From the NCBI RefSeq assembly GCF_009914755.1, contig NC_060942.1: a stretch of 64,000 nt of DNA; one strand, given 5' to 3'. Shown here piece after piece: positions 41,311-57,150 of this stretch. The position numbers were made by a program, and so were the translations under genes. The DNA is from the human T2T-CHM13v2.0 reference genome, Homo sapiens. The notes beneath the pieces are model-generated. The model ran no database searches. It saw nothing but the letters and a program-made list of their open reading frames with translations, and was not told the origin of the DNA. Each line of letters starts with the position of its first letter. Position 1 is the stretch's first letter.

Positions 41311-43439
41311 AAGTTTATAAGATAAGATACCTGAGTTAGGATTAAAGATACTGAAATATCATTAAATAAAATAAGTCATATATGATGTTTTGGGGATGTT
41401 TCACATTCCATGGCTACTGATGAGAAAAAAGGATTTTTAAAAATCTGCAGGGATGAGAAGACACAAAAATTGATTATTTACTCCACAGGAAAAAATATCT
41501 AAAGTGAGAGGAGATCGTATACCTTTACTTCTCTAGGTTCTGAGCTTTAGGAATGTTCCTGAAATAAATCCGTTGAGCTCAGAACAACAGGAAATTGCCA
41601 CTTACGCACTTAAAAAGCTTTCGTGCTACCATGAAACCACCTACTCACTTGACACTAATCGGTTGCTAATGGTTTCTGGCTAGGATTTGATTTTCTTTGG
41701 CTTAATCACCAAGGGATCACCTCTTTCCAGATCAATCTCAGTCCACTGGCTAATCTGATTCTGTGATACAGCACTCAGTTCTGTTCTATCTTGAAAGTTC
41801 CTAAGTACATAATCAGTCTAATTTTGGTGACATTCGATTCAATATTTACGATTTATGTCTACTAAGAAGTAGACATAAATTCTTAGTCTACTAAGACTAA
41901 GTGTCCAAGAGGACACTTAGTACCGGGAAAACCTACAGGTATCACAGATATGTCATTTGGTAAAGGGCATGATTTAGCTATTTATTTTCAGGGATGGAAA
42001 GATAGAACAGATACCTTTAAAACTAGTAGTTCCATTTGCAAGTTCTATGACAGCTTTTAATGATGTTTATTAAGCTGATTACACACTACTGTACAAAAGA
42101 AGTCCTTGAAATGAGGTAATACTAGGAGAAACACAGCTGGCCATCAATTTAAGCATCCTTTAAAAGCAGATGTGTTAAAACTCAAAGTGGGTGTGAAGAG
42201 GACATGCAAATCAGTCTAAGGTACAAGGCACTGCATTTTGAAATGCAGTACTTAGGAAGAATCTTGGAGAGCATTTAATTAAAACTCTTACATTTAAAAT
42301 GAAGAAACTGAGTCCTAACATTATTAAACATAGTTAGAAAAGATTTTTTAACCTGGAATTTGGCATAGTGGTCCCTTCCCCAAGTTTGACAGTTCATTTA
42401 ACTTAAGTAGAATTTTTCTTGCTTCTGTATATCAGTATTTCTTTCTCAAGGATCCTTACAAAGTACTGGGATGTCACTTCACAGATTCTTTGCCAAGACA
42501 CGTGATTACTTGCATCACTGAACATGCGTTCTAAATACTTTTTCAACAGGAATTTAAGATTGTCATATTGACATGAAGAATGCATTTAGCTTGTTTGCTC
42601 TTTTAACAGAAAGTATACATTTTAAGCCACAGCTGTGTACCATTCAATCATTATGATTTAAGAATTTTTCAGGGGGGGAAGGCCTGAAAGAAGGGGAGTT
42701 GTAAATTTCTCATGCTTAAGAATGATGAAGAAAAAAAAGTCAGAATAGAATTCAATAGCAAAATAAAGCCCAACAGGATAAGTATTCAATAAACAAAAAT
42801 AGCATTATTTTCTCTTCAGTATATTCTATCCTTCAAACTCTGGCAACAGTTTCTTAATATGAGTGAATTGCCATGAAACTGCTTTTGCCTGACAAAATTC
42901 CTTTGAGTAGTGTGCAAATTGTAAAGCCTATTTCTCTCTGTTCATTAGTAAGAGAGTTCATATTGTATAGTGCCACAGACTCTTTGCTCATTGATTGTGA
43001 GAAGTGATAATTGGCTGGCACTGAAATACTAGAAGGCAAAGTTGTACTTCAGAAGATGAAGAGAGTTGAGAAACAGTAGCAACGTGTCAGTTAGGAAATA
43101 TACTGTCAATGCATAAGAAGGATAAAGAACACCAGTTTAGGGTTGATTTGCAAAGTATATCATTCCGCTGCTGACTACAGAAAGTTAATAATTAATATTA
43201 TTAATATGGATAGATGGATATGGAGTCTATACTAAGAAAAATGGCCAGTTTATGAGCAAAAGTGGAGAAGGTGATAGCCATTTTTTCAATTCATGCACAT
43301 AACCAGTGAGTTTAACTTTCACTTACTTATATGTATGTATCATGTGAAGATTTCATCTTAAAACTTCTTAGACTTGGTTAAATCCACATTAATTGATACA
43401 TATTATATTACTGTAACAAATCTGAACATGGATTTTTTA

Positions 43440-43898
<459 letters not shown>

Positions 43899-44753
43899 TT
43901 ACCTTTTAACTGCCATGTGATCAGAGGCAAAAACATGACTGCCATATCCATAAGTTTCTTTTGATAGTCCTTCTATAATCAATTTGCTCACTCTAATAAC
44001 TCTAGATATGTAATCATGCAATACAGGCATGATTCTTCATGGCTCTAAAGAGTGATTTCTTAATCCTAGATGCTACAGTTCCAATGCAGAGAATCAGTCC
44101 TATATTAAGGCAAAAGACTTGATAACACGTTTCAACCAACATTAAGTAATGATTTAAACATGTATTAACTTCACTCATTCAGTTGATTCTGCCTATTGCT
44201 TCATGCCATTCTTTTTGCCAGAATTGGTAACCTTTAATAACCCACATTCATATGCATTCAGATAAACACACACTCTTGAAGGTAATATGTATGGGCTTCA
44301 GTCTGGGGGGGTTAGGGATGATGACCCATTTCATATTTCACAGCCAATAACAGAAGCCTATAGGAGAGCAGCCACAGAGAGGCAGGAATGAAAACCGCTT
44401 GCAGATAGTTCTGTGTTAATTTTTATCTCCCTCCATTTTTCAAATCTTCTATAAAGTAGGTTTATTTTTAACATCTTCTCATTCTCTTTAGTATGAGGTA
44501 AAATAGACAAAATGCAAGGGTGAAAAGAGAGAAGGAAGGCAGTTAAGGATCTAGCCGGTCCACAAATATTGAAGGAATAATCAAGACACAACATAAAAAA
44601 TATTTTCAAAATATGTTCTGGAGTATTTTTCCTCTTGGTAATTCATTTTTCTTCCTCTTTTTGCCATCCTGCCTCTGAGGTTGGACAGGGATCTTTGCCC
44701 CAGGTAAAGAAAGAAAGATACAGTCCAGAGGTACAGGAGTTCTGCAGAGTGGC

Positions 44754-44905
44754 TGTATGCGTTTCCTCTGGCTGTGGTACTGCAAATTACCACAAACTTG
44801 GTGCCTTAAAACCTTACACATTTATTCTCTGACAGTTCTGATGCCTGAAGTCTGAAATCCATTCCACTAAGTCAAAATCAAGGCGCCACAAGGGTTGCAT
44901 TCCAT
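44754..44905 (-). mobile_element. MLT1 (MaLR) LTR 3' fragment
   Basis: CAAATTACCACAAACTTGGTGCCTTAAA...ATTTATTCTCTGACAGTTCTG. Confidence 0.75.
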
Positions 44906-46029
44906 CCCCTTCCTTCCGGTCAAGCACACAAGCACACAGAGGAAAACGGCAGCACGAGGAAAAAGAGGGTTAACTTGATCAGTTACTCTAGGGTTTACGC
45001 TACTACCTTAGCCCTCAACCTCGAAAACAAGAAAGAAAAAAAAGTTCAGCTCAGCTTTTAGAAATATTTTTTTCATACAAATTGGAATGCAAATTAATTT
45101 TTCTAGAGAATAAGAGAATATTCAACACCAACGTCCTTGAGGGTGGAGACGATAGTTTACTTATTTATAGTTATTCCCTCTCTGACCCAGGCCCCACTAT
45201 CCTCTGTACAGCCTGACACAGAACCTTCCCAACAGGAGACACCCAATGAATGTCTCTGAATGACTCTCTAGGGCTCAGCAGTACAGCTGCCATCCATCTC
45301 TATCCTCCTTCAGAAGATGTCCAGGATGGATGCTGGGGTAGGGTAGAGTGGATGTTGCTGAAGAAAACCTCTTTTTCTCTTTCCTAAGAGAAAACTTGCT
45401 ATTAATTATTCCATCAAATAAATGCCTAGAAAATTGCAAGAAAATGTGAAGCAAAATATAAAAAAATCAAACATCAATGGCAAAGCAGACAGAATAGAAA
45501 GGGAATATACATTGTGGCCAGAAAAATGAGAAGAATGTGGTCCTGCAAGGTATGTTTCATTACTGTATTTGTAAAGTAAGCATGGGTTAATCTTTTACCT
45601 TTTTAGAGTATGACTCTTCAAATATAAAATGGTGATGGTGATAACACTAACTTATTTGTTGAGATGGTTAAAGAATATACAAATAAAAGCAGTGATAAAA
45701 CAATTAAGAACCAATATTTTTAACCCCCATGCTACTTAGCTTGTATTTACTAAATCAAATTTGATAGAATTAAGAGAACTATGTGTGAAAGTTCTTTTTA
45801 CAACATTGCAAATGATAGCTTTAATTATTACTTGAGATAAATTACCTTTGAGTCAGCATCATACATTTCCATGTTGAGGACACAATAAAAATTTGGAAAA
45901 ATGCCTTCCTTCGCTTTAATTCCTTTCTGCTAATATATAGAACAGCCTTCTATTCAAGGACTCCCAATTTGGGCAAAACAGTACCTATTCTTGTTTTCTA
46001 AAGATGTTTTAGAATAATATGCCTTGCAG

Positions 46030-46270
46030 AACAGCTGTAGCCTAATGGTTAAGAGTTTGGACTCTCTAGGGTCAAATTGTAACTCTACCACTCATCCGCT
46101 GTGTGATCCTGGGCAAATTCCTTAGCTTCTTTTTGCTTTAAGCTCCTCATCTATCAAATGGAGGTAAAAATATTACCTCACATGTAGTTGTGAGGATTAA
46201 ATAAGTTAATATATGTAAACAGCTTACGCTAGTATACCAGTGAACACTCACTTAATGTTGGCTATTATAA
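46030..46270 (+). mobile_element. MIR
   Basis: GGTTAAGAG...GCTGTGTGATCCTGGGCAA...TGTGAGGATTAAAT. Confidence 0.8.
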
Positions 46271-47037
46271 TTCTAGTCATTATAAAACAGCTATATTTTA
46301 TTGTTGATGAAACTTATAATAGATAAATAGAAGTTTACTTAAATTTAATGGATGGCTCTTTCTTATACAATTACGAAACATTCATCCATAACAGGTCTAG
46401 GATGCAGAGAGATTTCTATCTTGGCTCAAGTAAAGAGAAAGAAAAAAGAAATATTTCATTTTCACAATGTGGTAGAAACTATGAAGTAAGTGATTAGTAG
46501 TTTCTTTGCTATCTCTTTTTTCCCTGTCACACAAATCTTGACATACCATTAAAAAATTTGAGTGAGGACTCATTTCAGCCAAGATATCAGTTTGTTGATA
46601 AGTGGTGCTCATGGCAAATTATTTAGGAGATGAAGTTCTGGAAGACAATGTCTTGGAAGCTGACATGTGAACGTGAAAATCTGCTACAAGCATAGGACTA
46701 GAATCTCAAAGCAGGCTTGGGGTTTCAGCATTGTGTTCTTTTTAGGCAAGTTTCAACAAGGCAAAGGGCTGCTTAACTTCTCTATGTCAAGAAACAGCTT
46801 TATCATTGTGGCTGAAAGTACTCACACACGGTTGCTAGTGAGCAACCTGCCACAGGCCTGATCCAGAGAGACCCGGCATTAACATGATTCTCCCTAGGGA
46901 GGAAATCTAGCAATGCCTGAACAGACATGGAGTCCTCATTTCCACGCCCTTGGTACAGACTCAGAAGCAGCAGGGTGAAGCAATAGCAGCAGCTAGAACA
47001 GAGAGCAAACGCAGCACCCGAAGTGTTCCTCCAACTA

Positions 47038-47097
47038 TTATGTTGGTGCCATTACTTTTAATGGCAAGAACCTCAATTACTTTTGCACTAATTTGAT
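47038..47097. mobile_element. MADE1 (Hsmar1 MITE), internally deleted
   Basis: TGTTGGTGCCATTACTTTTAATGGCAAGAACCTCAATTACTTTTGCAC. Confidence 0.75.
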
Positions 47098-48400
47098 ATC
47101 TAGAAATCTGGTTTTGCAATGCAATAGTGGGGAGATGTCAATGTAAAATATGTTCTATTTCCTTGTAGTTGGTTGATGCTTATTTATGTCATCATCATCA
47201 TCATAGCATGTTACACTACATTTATCTGAGTGATTTTATAGGATTGTCACACTATTCATAAATGAGGAATATGGAGTAGAAAATATTCCCAGGCAGGCTA
47301 CAGTTACAGAGGTCAGATTGTTACAAAGTTAAGAAACATTTGCAACATCAATATGTGACATGCTTACTGAATTCCCTGTCCTGGTGTCTTCTTTAGGTAA
47401 TGTTTCATGTTTGAGCATCTTTCTTTTATAACTGACCTATTTCTAACTTAAAAGTATCTTCTGTATTTTACTGATACTCCCGAAAGAAACATGTTCATAT
47501 TAGCATAATTATTACCACAAAACCAAAGCAAAGAATAAGGATGGAACTATCTTGTTCTTCCACTCATACAACTTTCCTTATCCCACTCTTTCAATATCCC
47601 ACCCTTGCCCCTGGACCAGTAGCAAGAAAAAACTCATTAGTTCCACTGTGGAGTTGGATTCATGGGAAAGTCCATACAACCACATCTGTTTCCTACAAAA
47701 GATGGTGACCAATTGCTCTTCATCTCTGTTAGGGTTTTAAACAATAAATTCTTAACATATTAAAGGGCATATAAGGTACAAAGAGATTAATAATAAAGGC
47801 ACTGATATCTCATTTTGTGAATCTTTTTGAAAAGAAAATATGGGAAATCTAGGGTTGATCTACCGGGCTGTGGGCAGAGATATGGAATGGAATAAACAAT
47901 AACTTGAGCTGATTTTTATAAAGAAGAATTTTCTCATTCCATTGTGTTATAGAGATGTTTTGATGACATCCACGTTTCTAAGAATTGTGTGTTCCTTTAA
48001 AGAAGAGCAACAGAAGAAATACATGATCCTGTAATTGATGTGCCACATTTCATTTTCTTAGAGAGTTACCATTCTTCCCATAATACTAGATTGGACAGTT
48101 TTGGGTTAATGGATTTTGCAGTGTACCATTACAATCATTCAGGTCACTTGGAAGGTTTGCAAAAATCACATGTTTCAAGTGTCCTGATTAATGGAAGTAA
48201 TATTCTCTTTTTCATTCCCCATCAAATGTAACTTACTTCAAATTTATGGTTTAATAAAGCACTTCAGACTTTCCTAAATTCCTTTTCAATATATTACATG
48301 ATATTTTCTGATACTTTATCAAGTTTGTATCTGCAAGACTAGAATTCACAGGCAGTTATTTTTCACCAAGATGAAGATAGCCTTCAGGACACCGCTTGTC

Positions 48401-48710
48401 CACACCTGTAATCCCAGCACTTTGGGAGGCCAAGGTCTGCCGATCACCTGATGTCAGGAGTTCGAGACAAGCCTGGCCAATATGGTGAAACCTTGTCTCT
48501 ACTAAAAATACAAAAAATTAGCTGGTCAGGGGTGGCGTGCGCCTGTAGTCCTAGCTGTTCGGGAGGCTGAGGCAGGAGAATTGCTTGAACCTCGGAGGCG
48601 AAGGTTGCAATAAGCCGAGATCATGCCACCGCATTCCAGCCTGGCTGACAGAGCGAGACTTTGTCTCAAAATAAAATAAAATAAAATAGTAAAATAAAAT
48701 GAAATAAAAT
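48401..48710 (+). mobile_element. AluS with (TAAAA)n tail and missing/altered 5' end
   Basis: CACACCTGTAATCCCAGCACTTTGGGAGG... Confidence 0.93.
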
Positions 48711-49665
48711 TATGGTTCATAGCAACAATGTATATCACTTCTTTTAATTTTTAATAGTTTCCGTATTAAAACATCCGAGTTTCCCCAAAAGATCATCATT
48801 TTGGCTAAACCAAATACTTTAAAATATTAAAAGTTTATATATGATTAATAGTTAACAGCAGAACATAGGATAATTTTTCTCTTCTAAAAGAGATTCATTT
48901 ATATGATTTGAATTTACTTGAAACAAAATATAACATTTTATGTTCCAACCACTAAAAAATGTTTTTGTATTTGTCCTCAGACGTAATTTAGGTTTTAAAT
49001 TTTCTGTTGATCTCTTTTTTTAGAAGCAGAGGGAAGAGTAGACCTTCTCATATGATTTTCATTACTGTAGTAATATTTGCACATACTTAATTTCTATTGG
49101 AAATATTTGTTGTAAATATAATTTCTATACCCAGTATAGGCAAAACAATAAAATTTAATTAACAAAAAGCATTTGCACAGCCAGTCTGGCTGGACCTTAT
49201 GCAAATGTAGAAAATGACAAGCTTGAAATTAATCACCAAATGTCTGAAATTAAAACAGAATTGTCAAGGCAGAAATGTATGAATCATAATAGTATCTAAT
49301 TCCATGGTTTCTGGGCAGATGTCTTTCTGTATTCTGATGAAAACTAGCATTTATTTATATTAAAACCTCTTCAACAAACCATATGTTATATTTAGCTCAG
49401 CCAAAATTCCCAGGTGGAGAATATTTGTATGGAAGATTTCAAAAGGATGATCAATTTAGATGTAACCTACATCTTATTTATTTATTTATTTATTTTTGCC
49501 TTTTATATCTGAAGACTGCATTGAAAAGACAGATGCATCTTTTCTTTTATACTTCAACATCCCCAGTTTGATTTAATAAGTCAGGAAAGCAAGCACCTGA
49601 AGATTTTATGAATCACAGTTCCGATTTAGAATATCCACAGAAGTGATCTGTGTTTCCCTTTGTGT

Positions 49666-49726
49666 GTATCCTTCAAGGATACATTGGAGCAACGGGTATC
49701 CTTCAAGGATACATTGGAGCAACGGG
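49666..49726. repeat. perfect 2 x 30-bp tandem duplication
   Basis: GTATCCTTCAAGGATACATTGGAGCAACGG at 49666 and 49696. Confidence 0.97.
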
Positions 49727-50358
49727 ACCAGCAAATCTCAGCAGAAACTTATTGAGAACAACTAAAAAGCTGATTCAGGCACTTGGTGTTGAGATACTAT
49801 CATTTTCTCAAGTGTTAGTAAGTAAGAACTATGTAGAGGGGAAATTGATAAAACTTTTGAACATCATCTTAGCATTGTGTAACGAAGACAGACCAATGTC
49901 ATAACTGTGCATTTAAAAAGTATTTAAAATTAGTACTAAATGCAAATTGGGTAATGTAAGACATTTCCTCTATTCTGTGTTTGCCTCTGGCAAACTAGAA
50001 TTACTTCAAAAAATTTAAAAATCAGGGATATGAAATGTCTTCCAGGAGACAAGCACAAAATACAAAACACAAGTAATATTAATATTTCCTTTACAGTGTT
50101 TACAGAAGTCTGGGTTTCTCTTTCCTGGAAAGTTCAATCACTTTATCTAATGTCTGGGTTTTGGGATATTTATACTCCTGGCCACCTCACACCAAGTCAT
50201 CTCCATCTAAATGCTGTTTATGGCTTCATGTAAAAGGAGTGTAACTTCCAACAGTAAAAAGCCACAGGGAACATCTCTACAGTCCTCCAATTTGAACACT
50301 CAAATCAGCACAGAAAACCAAGTAGGTATTTCTCCAAATTGCCCGGTGTTGAGAATCA

Positions 50359-50722
<364 letters not shown>

Positions 50723-51326
50723 CTAGGTTGACCTCAGGTAAAAGAAATAGTACTACAAAATCTCATGTCAATTGTAATCCCCAGTGTTGAAGGTGCGGCC
50801 TGGTGGGAGGTGACTGGATCATGTTTACAAATGTCTTGTTGAATTTTTTCATTCTTCAGGCTTGGGGAACACTGCATATCACCACCTCCTCTTCCCATAG
50901 AGGAAACAACCCAGCAAACACCAAGATAAACCAAAGAACAATGTCAATCAGAGATGAGTAACTAAAGACAAGTTATAATCATAATTAACCCAAATTTATT
51001 TTCCAGGTCAACATAATATTTTTATCCCTTCTAAGAGACGGTCTGTTCTAATGGGCAACAGTCCTCCACGCCGAGCCACTCTCATCTCCTACTAACTTAA
51101 CTGCCCTGCACTGTCCCTCGACTTTCACCTTTCTTGCCTTAGGAGCCATCCATGAAACCCTCTTCTAATCATCTCACTTTCTCCAATAAAAAAAGTAGTT
51201 TCATATGTGCCGAAAATAAAAGGAAAAAGGAACTGATAACTCCTTGGTATCTTTTAGTAATTCTTGATCATTGGCTCCCAATTTCTAGAATTACCTAAGA
51301 TTTGCATTTCTTGGAAATAGAGATCA

Positions 51327-51551
<225 letters not shown>

Positions 51552-51714
51552 ACCCAACATATTTTTGCTATCATAATCATATTGCTGCTTTTCTCTCCTA
51601 CCATTTAATTAATAGAGTAATATAATGTTAATTAGATTTTTTTTGTTGGTGATCACGCCAAGTATATTTTACCACTATTTGGCATTCTTCGTTTAAAAGG
51701 TTAATCTTTAAAAC

Positions 51715-51866
51715 TTTTTTTTTTTTTTTTTTTAAAGTTAGCATCTTGCTCTGTCACCAGGCTGTAGTGCAGTGGTATGATCGTAGCTCACTATAACCTC
51801 AAGCAATCCTCCTACCTCAGCCTCCCAAAGTGCTGGGGTTATATGTGTGAGCCACCTTATCTGGCT
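51715..51866 (-). mobile_element. monomer-length Alu (left-arm 5' end joined to right-arm 3' end)
   Basis: poly-T, CTTGCTCTGTCACCAGGCTG...CTCAAGCAATCCTCC...CCCAAAGTGCTGGG. Confidence 0.82.
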
Positions 51867-53732
51867 CTTTTAAACTTCTTAAAAGAGATAAAAACCAGAC
51901 ACTACTTTAAAAAATTACTAAGAATAGTAAGGACCTCATAAGAGCCAAGTTTATCTTACAGCACTAAAATTATCAGATTCCATAAGAAGCTTCAGTTTAC
52001 CTGCAGTCTGTATGTCCCCATCTGGCATTAACCTGCCAATTATACAAAGGGGCTAACCAGAACAGAACTGACCTGTAAGCTGATTAGTTTCCAATTCTGA
52101 TGAACAAAATCGTGCAGTTTTTTGGCCAAAATTCACTTCTTATGGTTGGTTGTACACTTGTTCACTTATTTATTGGTAGAGCTTCTAAAGATTGCATAAT
52201 AGATTGCAAAATATCTATTGCCCAAATCCCAATAATAGCAATATTTACCTAATTATAGACCACAAGTGAGTAGGATCATTTGGGGTGAGTATGGTGATAA
52301 CTGATTTAATAGGCCTTCTGTTCCTGGCCTAAGAAAAGTGGGTGTCTTTCCATATCATCTTAGTTAGCATGCAATAAAGGTAGATTAAACAATTCTTAGG
52401 ATACAAAAATGAAGTTCTCAACTATGCCCAGGGGCGCACAATCTGATAAGAAACCATAGATATCAACAAATAATTAAGTGTTAGAATATAGGTCTGTGAA
52501 ACGTGCTGGACATATTAATTCTGAGTATTTGGGCATTATCTCCTTAGGTCTCTGGCTAAGCTCAGTGTCTGAAGTGTTCTCAATAGATGTTTTTTGAAAG
52601 AAAAATAAACAACTGATTAAACTTACATCACTAGTAATCAAAGGAGTGAATACATTGGGACAATTTATCCTTGGAGGTTGTGGGTTGATAGGAAATTCTG
52701 CCTTGCAGAGGCTAAGTTTGAAGTGTCTGTAGAACATATATAGCTGGAGATAGATACATGGGTCTGAAGTTCATGTCTAGAGGCAACAGTGCCTTTACCT
52801 TTGCTCTCTAAGCTGGCCTCAGGATAAAAGGTGCAAATCTGCAGGAGATGTGACAATTTTGGGATGTCAGATTGATAAGACCTGAGCGAGATGCTAATGA
52901 CCCTTATTCTTTGCCTCCACATCCTGGAACTAGAGATTTTTGTTACAGAATTATAGGAAAGTATATTTTCCAGCCTACTCAAATAACTTACTTCAATGTT
53001 GAATTTCCAGAAGAAAATTAGAGTCAAATGTTGCTTAACCCTACTCTGAATGCAGAACCATGCAAAAAGAACATTTATGTTGTCTATGTAACTGTTTCTA
53101 AATTCCACTCCCGGAGCTTCCTGTCTTTACAAGAAATTCTCAGGCAATTTTCAGACAAATAAAATGGTTTGCTTTAACTATAATAACACATGCATAATTA
53201 ACATATCAATCTGTATGTGGCAAATAGTGGAATAATGATTTGCTTATTATGCAAAACATATTTTTTGGAAGGATATTGTATAAATATTACTTGGGTAAAT
53301 GTAATGAGACTTAGTTATAACCAAAAATTGTATTGCGCCATCTTGCTTGCATCATGATCAAGCTCTATGTAAAGTAGCCAATAGTAATAAATGGATACAA
53401 GAAACAGACCAGATAATTATGAAATAAAGAATATTTAGCTATGAAACATAATTTCAGAGGTTATACATAGTAAGATAAGTTGACAAACTAGAAACCAAAT
53501 CCCATGTGACTTAGGTGTTGTAGCCAGGGGTGAATGCCTCAGTTGTTACTTTTAGTCCATTTGTATCAGATGTCTCAAGACACATATTATCTTTAGGAAG
53601 AAACCTTGGTCAATCACCTTTATCCAGATCAAGAATTGAGCTGTTATATGGTCCATGAATCTGCTTATCACCTGTAAAATGGCTTCTTCCATTAGATCAT
53701 TGAGGTTTAGTGAGAAAGTAAAAACTTATTTT

Positions 53733-54025
53733 TTAGTTTTTAGAGATGGGGTTGCTCTGTTGCCCTGGTTGGAGTACAGTGGTTTGGTCATAACTCACTG
53801 CAGTCTGGTCTTTCCAGGCTCCAGTGATCCTCCCACCTCAACCTCCCAAGTAGCTGGGGCCACAGGTGCATGCTACCATGCCCAGCGAATTTTTTCTTTA
53901 TTTTTTGTAGAGACGGGGTCTCACTACACTGCCAGGCTGGTCTCAAACTCCCGGGCTCAAGCAATCTTCCAGCCTTGGCCTCTCAAAGTGCTGGGATTGC
54001 AGGCATGATCCACAGCATCCAGTCC
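53733..54025 (-). mobile_element. AluJ with TSD
   Basis: TSD TAAAAACTT(A/C)TTTT at 53719-53732 and 54026-54039. Confidence 0.92.
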
Positions 54026-54810
54026 TAAAAACTTCTTTTTGAATTAGAAGGAGACTGTTGTTCATCTCGACTATCCCATGTTCATTTGAACAGATTATTA
54101 GAAAAACAAATTAAATGTAGAATTGTGAATTACATAATGCAAAGAGCATATAAAAACATTTTTTCAGCCATTTTTAAAAAATGTGTTTTTGAAGAAATGT
54201 AATTGCTCATATTTAAGATGAAGAATTAAAACACTAATCTAAGCCATCAGAGCTCATTCTTGACATTTGAAAGCAATGAAATTCAAATTTTGCCTTTTAT
54301 CCTTATCTTGTACCATATTGATTCTAAATTACTTAGAGTTTTTCACAGCATGATCAAGAATGAAGCTTGCAGTTTGCCAAATCTTTTTTGGTCAGAAGTG
54401 GCATTTTCTTGACAAGGCCTGTCACTCACTCAGTGCCTACTCACTCATCCAGTGTAATAATTTAAACAAGACTTAAGGAGGGTTTTTGGTAATTTTTTTC
54501 TTTGACAAACAAATCCTACAATGTCGATAGACTGAGAGAATCTGAAAACTGTGACCTGACCAACTTGTGCCTGCACTAGATCAATCTTTCACCATACCTG
54601 GGGAGGGTATGGGGACAATTCTGACTATAAGTGCCAGCCATTATGAAAAGTCTGAATGTTAGTTGCCAAGGCAAAAGCAGTAGAAAAAGGCTGCTTTGGG
54701 ATGAAAAAGAAAAGCTGACTTTTGTCACTATCTCTAAGACAACAATTTCTCAGTATAATACATTATCAACTGAGGACTACTTGTATGTATAGTTCTTTCA
54801 AATATTTCTA

Positions 54811-55275
<465 letters not shown>

Positions 55276-55735
55276 TTAGCCCTGCCCCAGTAGCTGAGCC
55301 AGTCCTGTCTGAGGGGCTTCCCGTCTCCTCCTCCCATGCAGCCGAGGCACTCATGCTGGCCGTCACACTGGAGCCTCTGTGCTCCTTAACTGCTTGCCCA
55401 AGTCCAGCCTGCCACCATATCCCTGTTCTAAAAATTATACTCTGAACCTGACTTCCCTCTGGGCTCTAATTTATAAGTCTGGGATTTTGCCTCAGTTTCC
55501 TTAGGGAATTCCTTTTCTGTTAAACTGCTAAGCATTCCAGCTCCCTCCTGGGACTGGGCCATCTGCCTTAGTCCTTGCTCTTGTCAGTTCCTGTCTCCAG
55601 CATGTCACCCAAGGACAGACTCCTCAGATGTGGACTGCCTGGTGGACTGCTTACCCCATTGTAATCATGCGCTTAGACTAGGTTTTTACTTTACCCTTGA
55701 CTATCATCATAATTGCCTCTGGGATTTTCCACCCT

Positions 55736-55884
55736 TCCATCTTTCCATCCATCCATCCATCCGCTCACCTACCCAAACACCTACCTACTCATTTATCCAT
55801 CTGTCTATTCACGTATCTACCTATGTATCCATCCAACGGTCCATCCATCCATCCATCCATCCATCCATCCATCCATCCATCCAT
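55736..55884. repeat. (TCCA)n tetranucleotide repeat, partly degenerate
   Basis: direct reading. Confidence 0.93.
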
Positions 55885-57150
55885 ACTTTAATTCATTTAT
55901 TCTTTCTCTCATTTATTAGGAACTTACTCTTTGCCAGCCTCTGTGCTTAGTGGTAGAGAAACAATGGTTTATAAGACAGATATCATTCCTCCTCTAGCAA
56001 GGGAGACAGAAGTTAAAGAAACATTTACAACAAAGTGTGATAAGTCGCTGTCTCATGCATTGGCCTAAGTGGGTGGGTGCAATGCCAAGTTCCTATACTT
56101 CTGTCTTGCCCTGTTTCTCTAAGTGCACACAGCTTTACTCTGTGGAGGCAAAACAGACTAGTATTTTCAGTTCTCTTTTTGAGAACTTTAGGAGAAAAAA
56201 AATGCTATCATTCCAAGTCAGGAGAGCAAGCATTAACATTATACACATATTTACGTAATAATCCCCTAGACTTGTATGGGGTTTTGAAATATGCAAATAC
56301 TTTTATTTACAGATATTATTTGTTCTTCAGAGCATACCTGTGAGGTATATGCAGGATAGGTATTATTTTCATCCTCACTTCATGGAACAAAAACTAAGGT
56401 TCATAAAAGTTAAAATAGTTTTACCAAAGCCTAGAGCTGAAACTAAAATTAAGCTTTATTATTGTCAATATAGGCTTCTATCCACGTTATTAATACTCAA
56501 TGGAAACTTGCACAGTTTCCAAAATCTTAGGAACGTCAGTTCCAGTTATTGCCATCTATATTTTTAAACAGGTTAATGCTCACAGGATAGCCTTTTATGT
56601 CACTTGTTTTATAAAAAGACAAAAGATAACACACAGAACTCTAAAGTATTGATTTATATTCCATTAACTGTTTATTACTTTAATCTATGAATCCAAGTGG
56701 GGAGGTAGAAAGATGAAATCACTTGCCTCTTATCTTTGAAAGATGTGAGCTCATTATTAAACCCTGACAAAACAGCAGGTAGCTCAGGAAACATTTTCCA
56801 AAGAACACTTAGAGATTTTGATTCATGACTGAAGTTCTACTGTGGCATTTTCCTCTCCATCACCCTTCATGGGGAAGCCTCATCCTATTATCATCTGTTG
56901 TCATATTTAACTAGGGTCATCAGAATGTGTTGTTATATGTCACTTGTTTCTTCTTCCTTTTTCTTTATATAGCACTATGACTTTTATTTTCCCAAACAGT
57001 TTGTGTCTTTGAAACTGCAGTTGTTTCTTTTGGGGGCAGCCTCCTTAAGTCCACCATGGTGGTTAGTTTTAAGATATTAATAAACAAGGCAAAATTCAAA
57101 TGTGTATCACACTCCTGGATCTTAGTTACCCTATTTTTCTATTTACCTTG

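Noticed and set aside
49666-49726. Palindromic 30-bp direct repeat resembling a CRISPR repeat
   Set aside because: There are only two adjacent copies with no spacer, and the context is primate.
52001-52072. Possible minus-strand exon (CAG|...CTGCAG|GTAAAC)
   Set aside because: The acceptor lacks a polypyrimidine tract and nothing else supports it.
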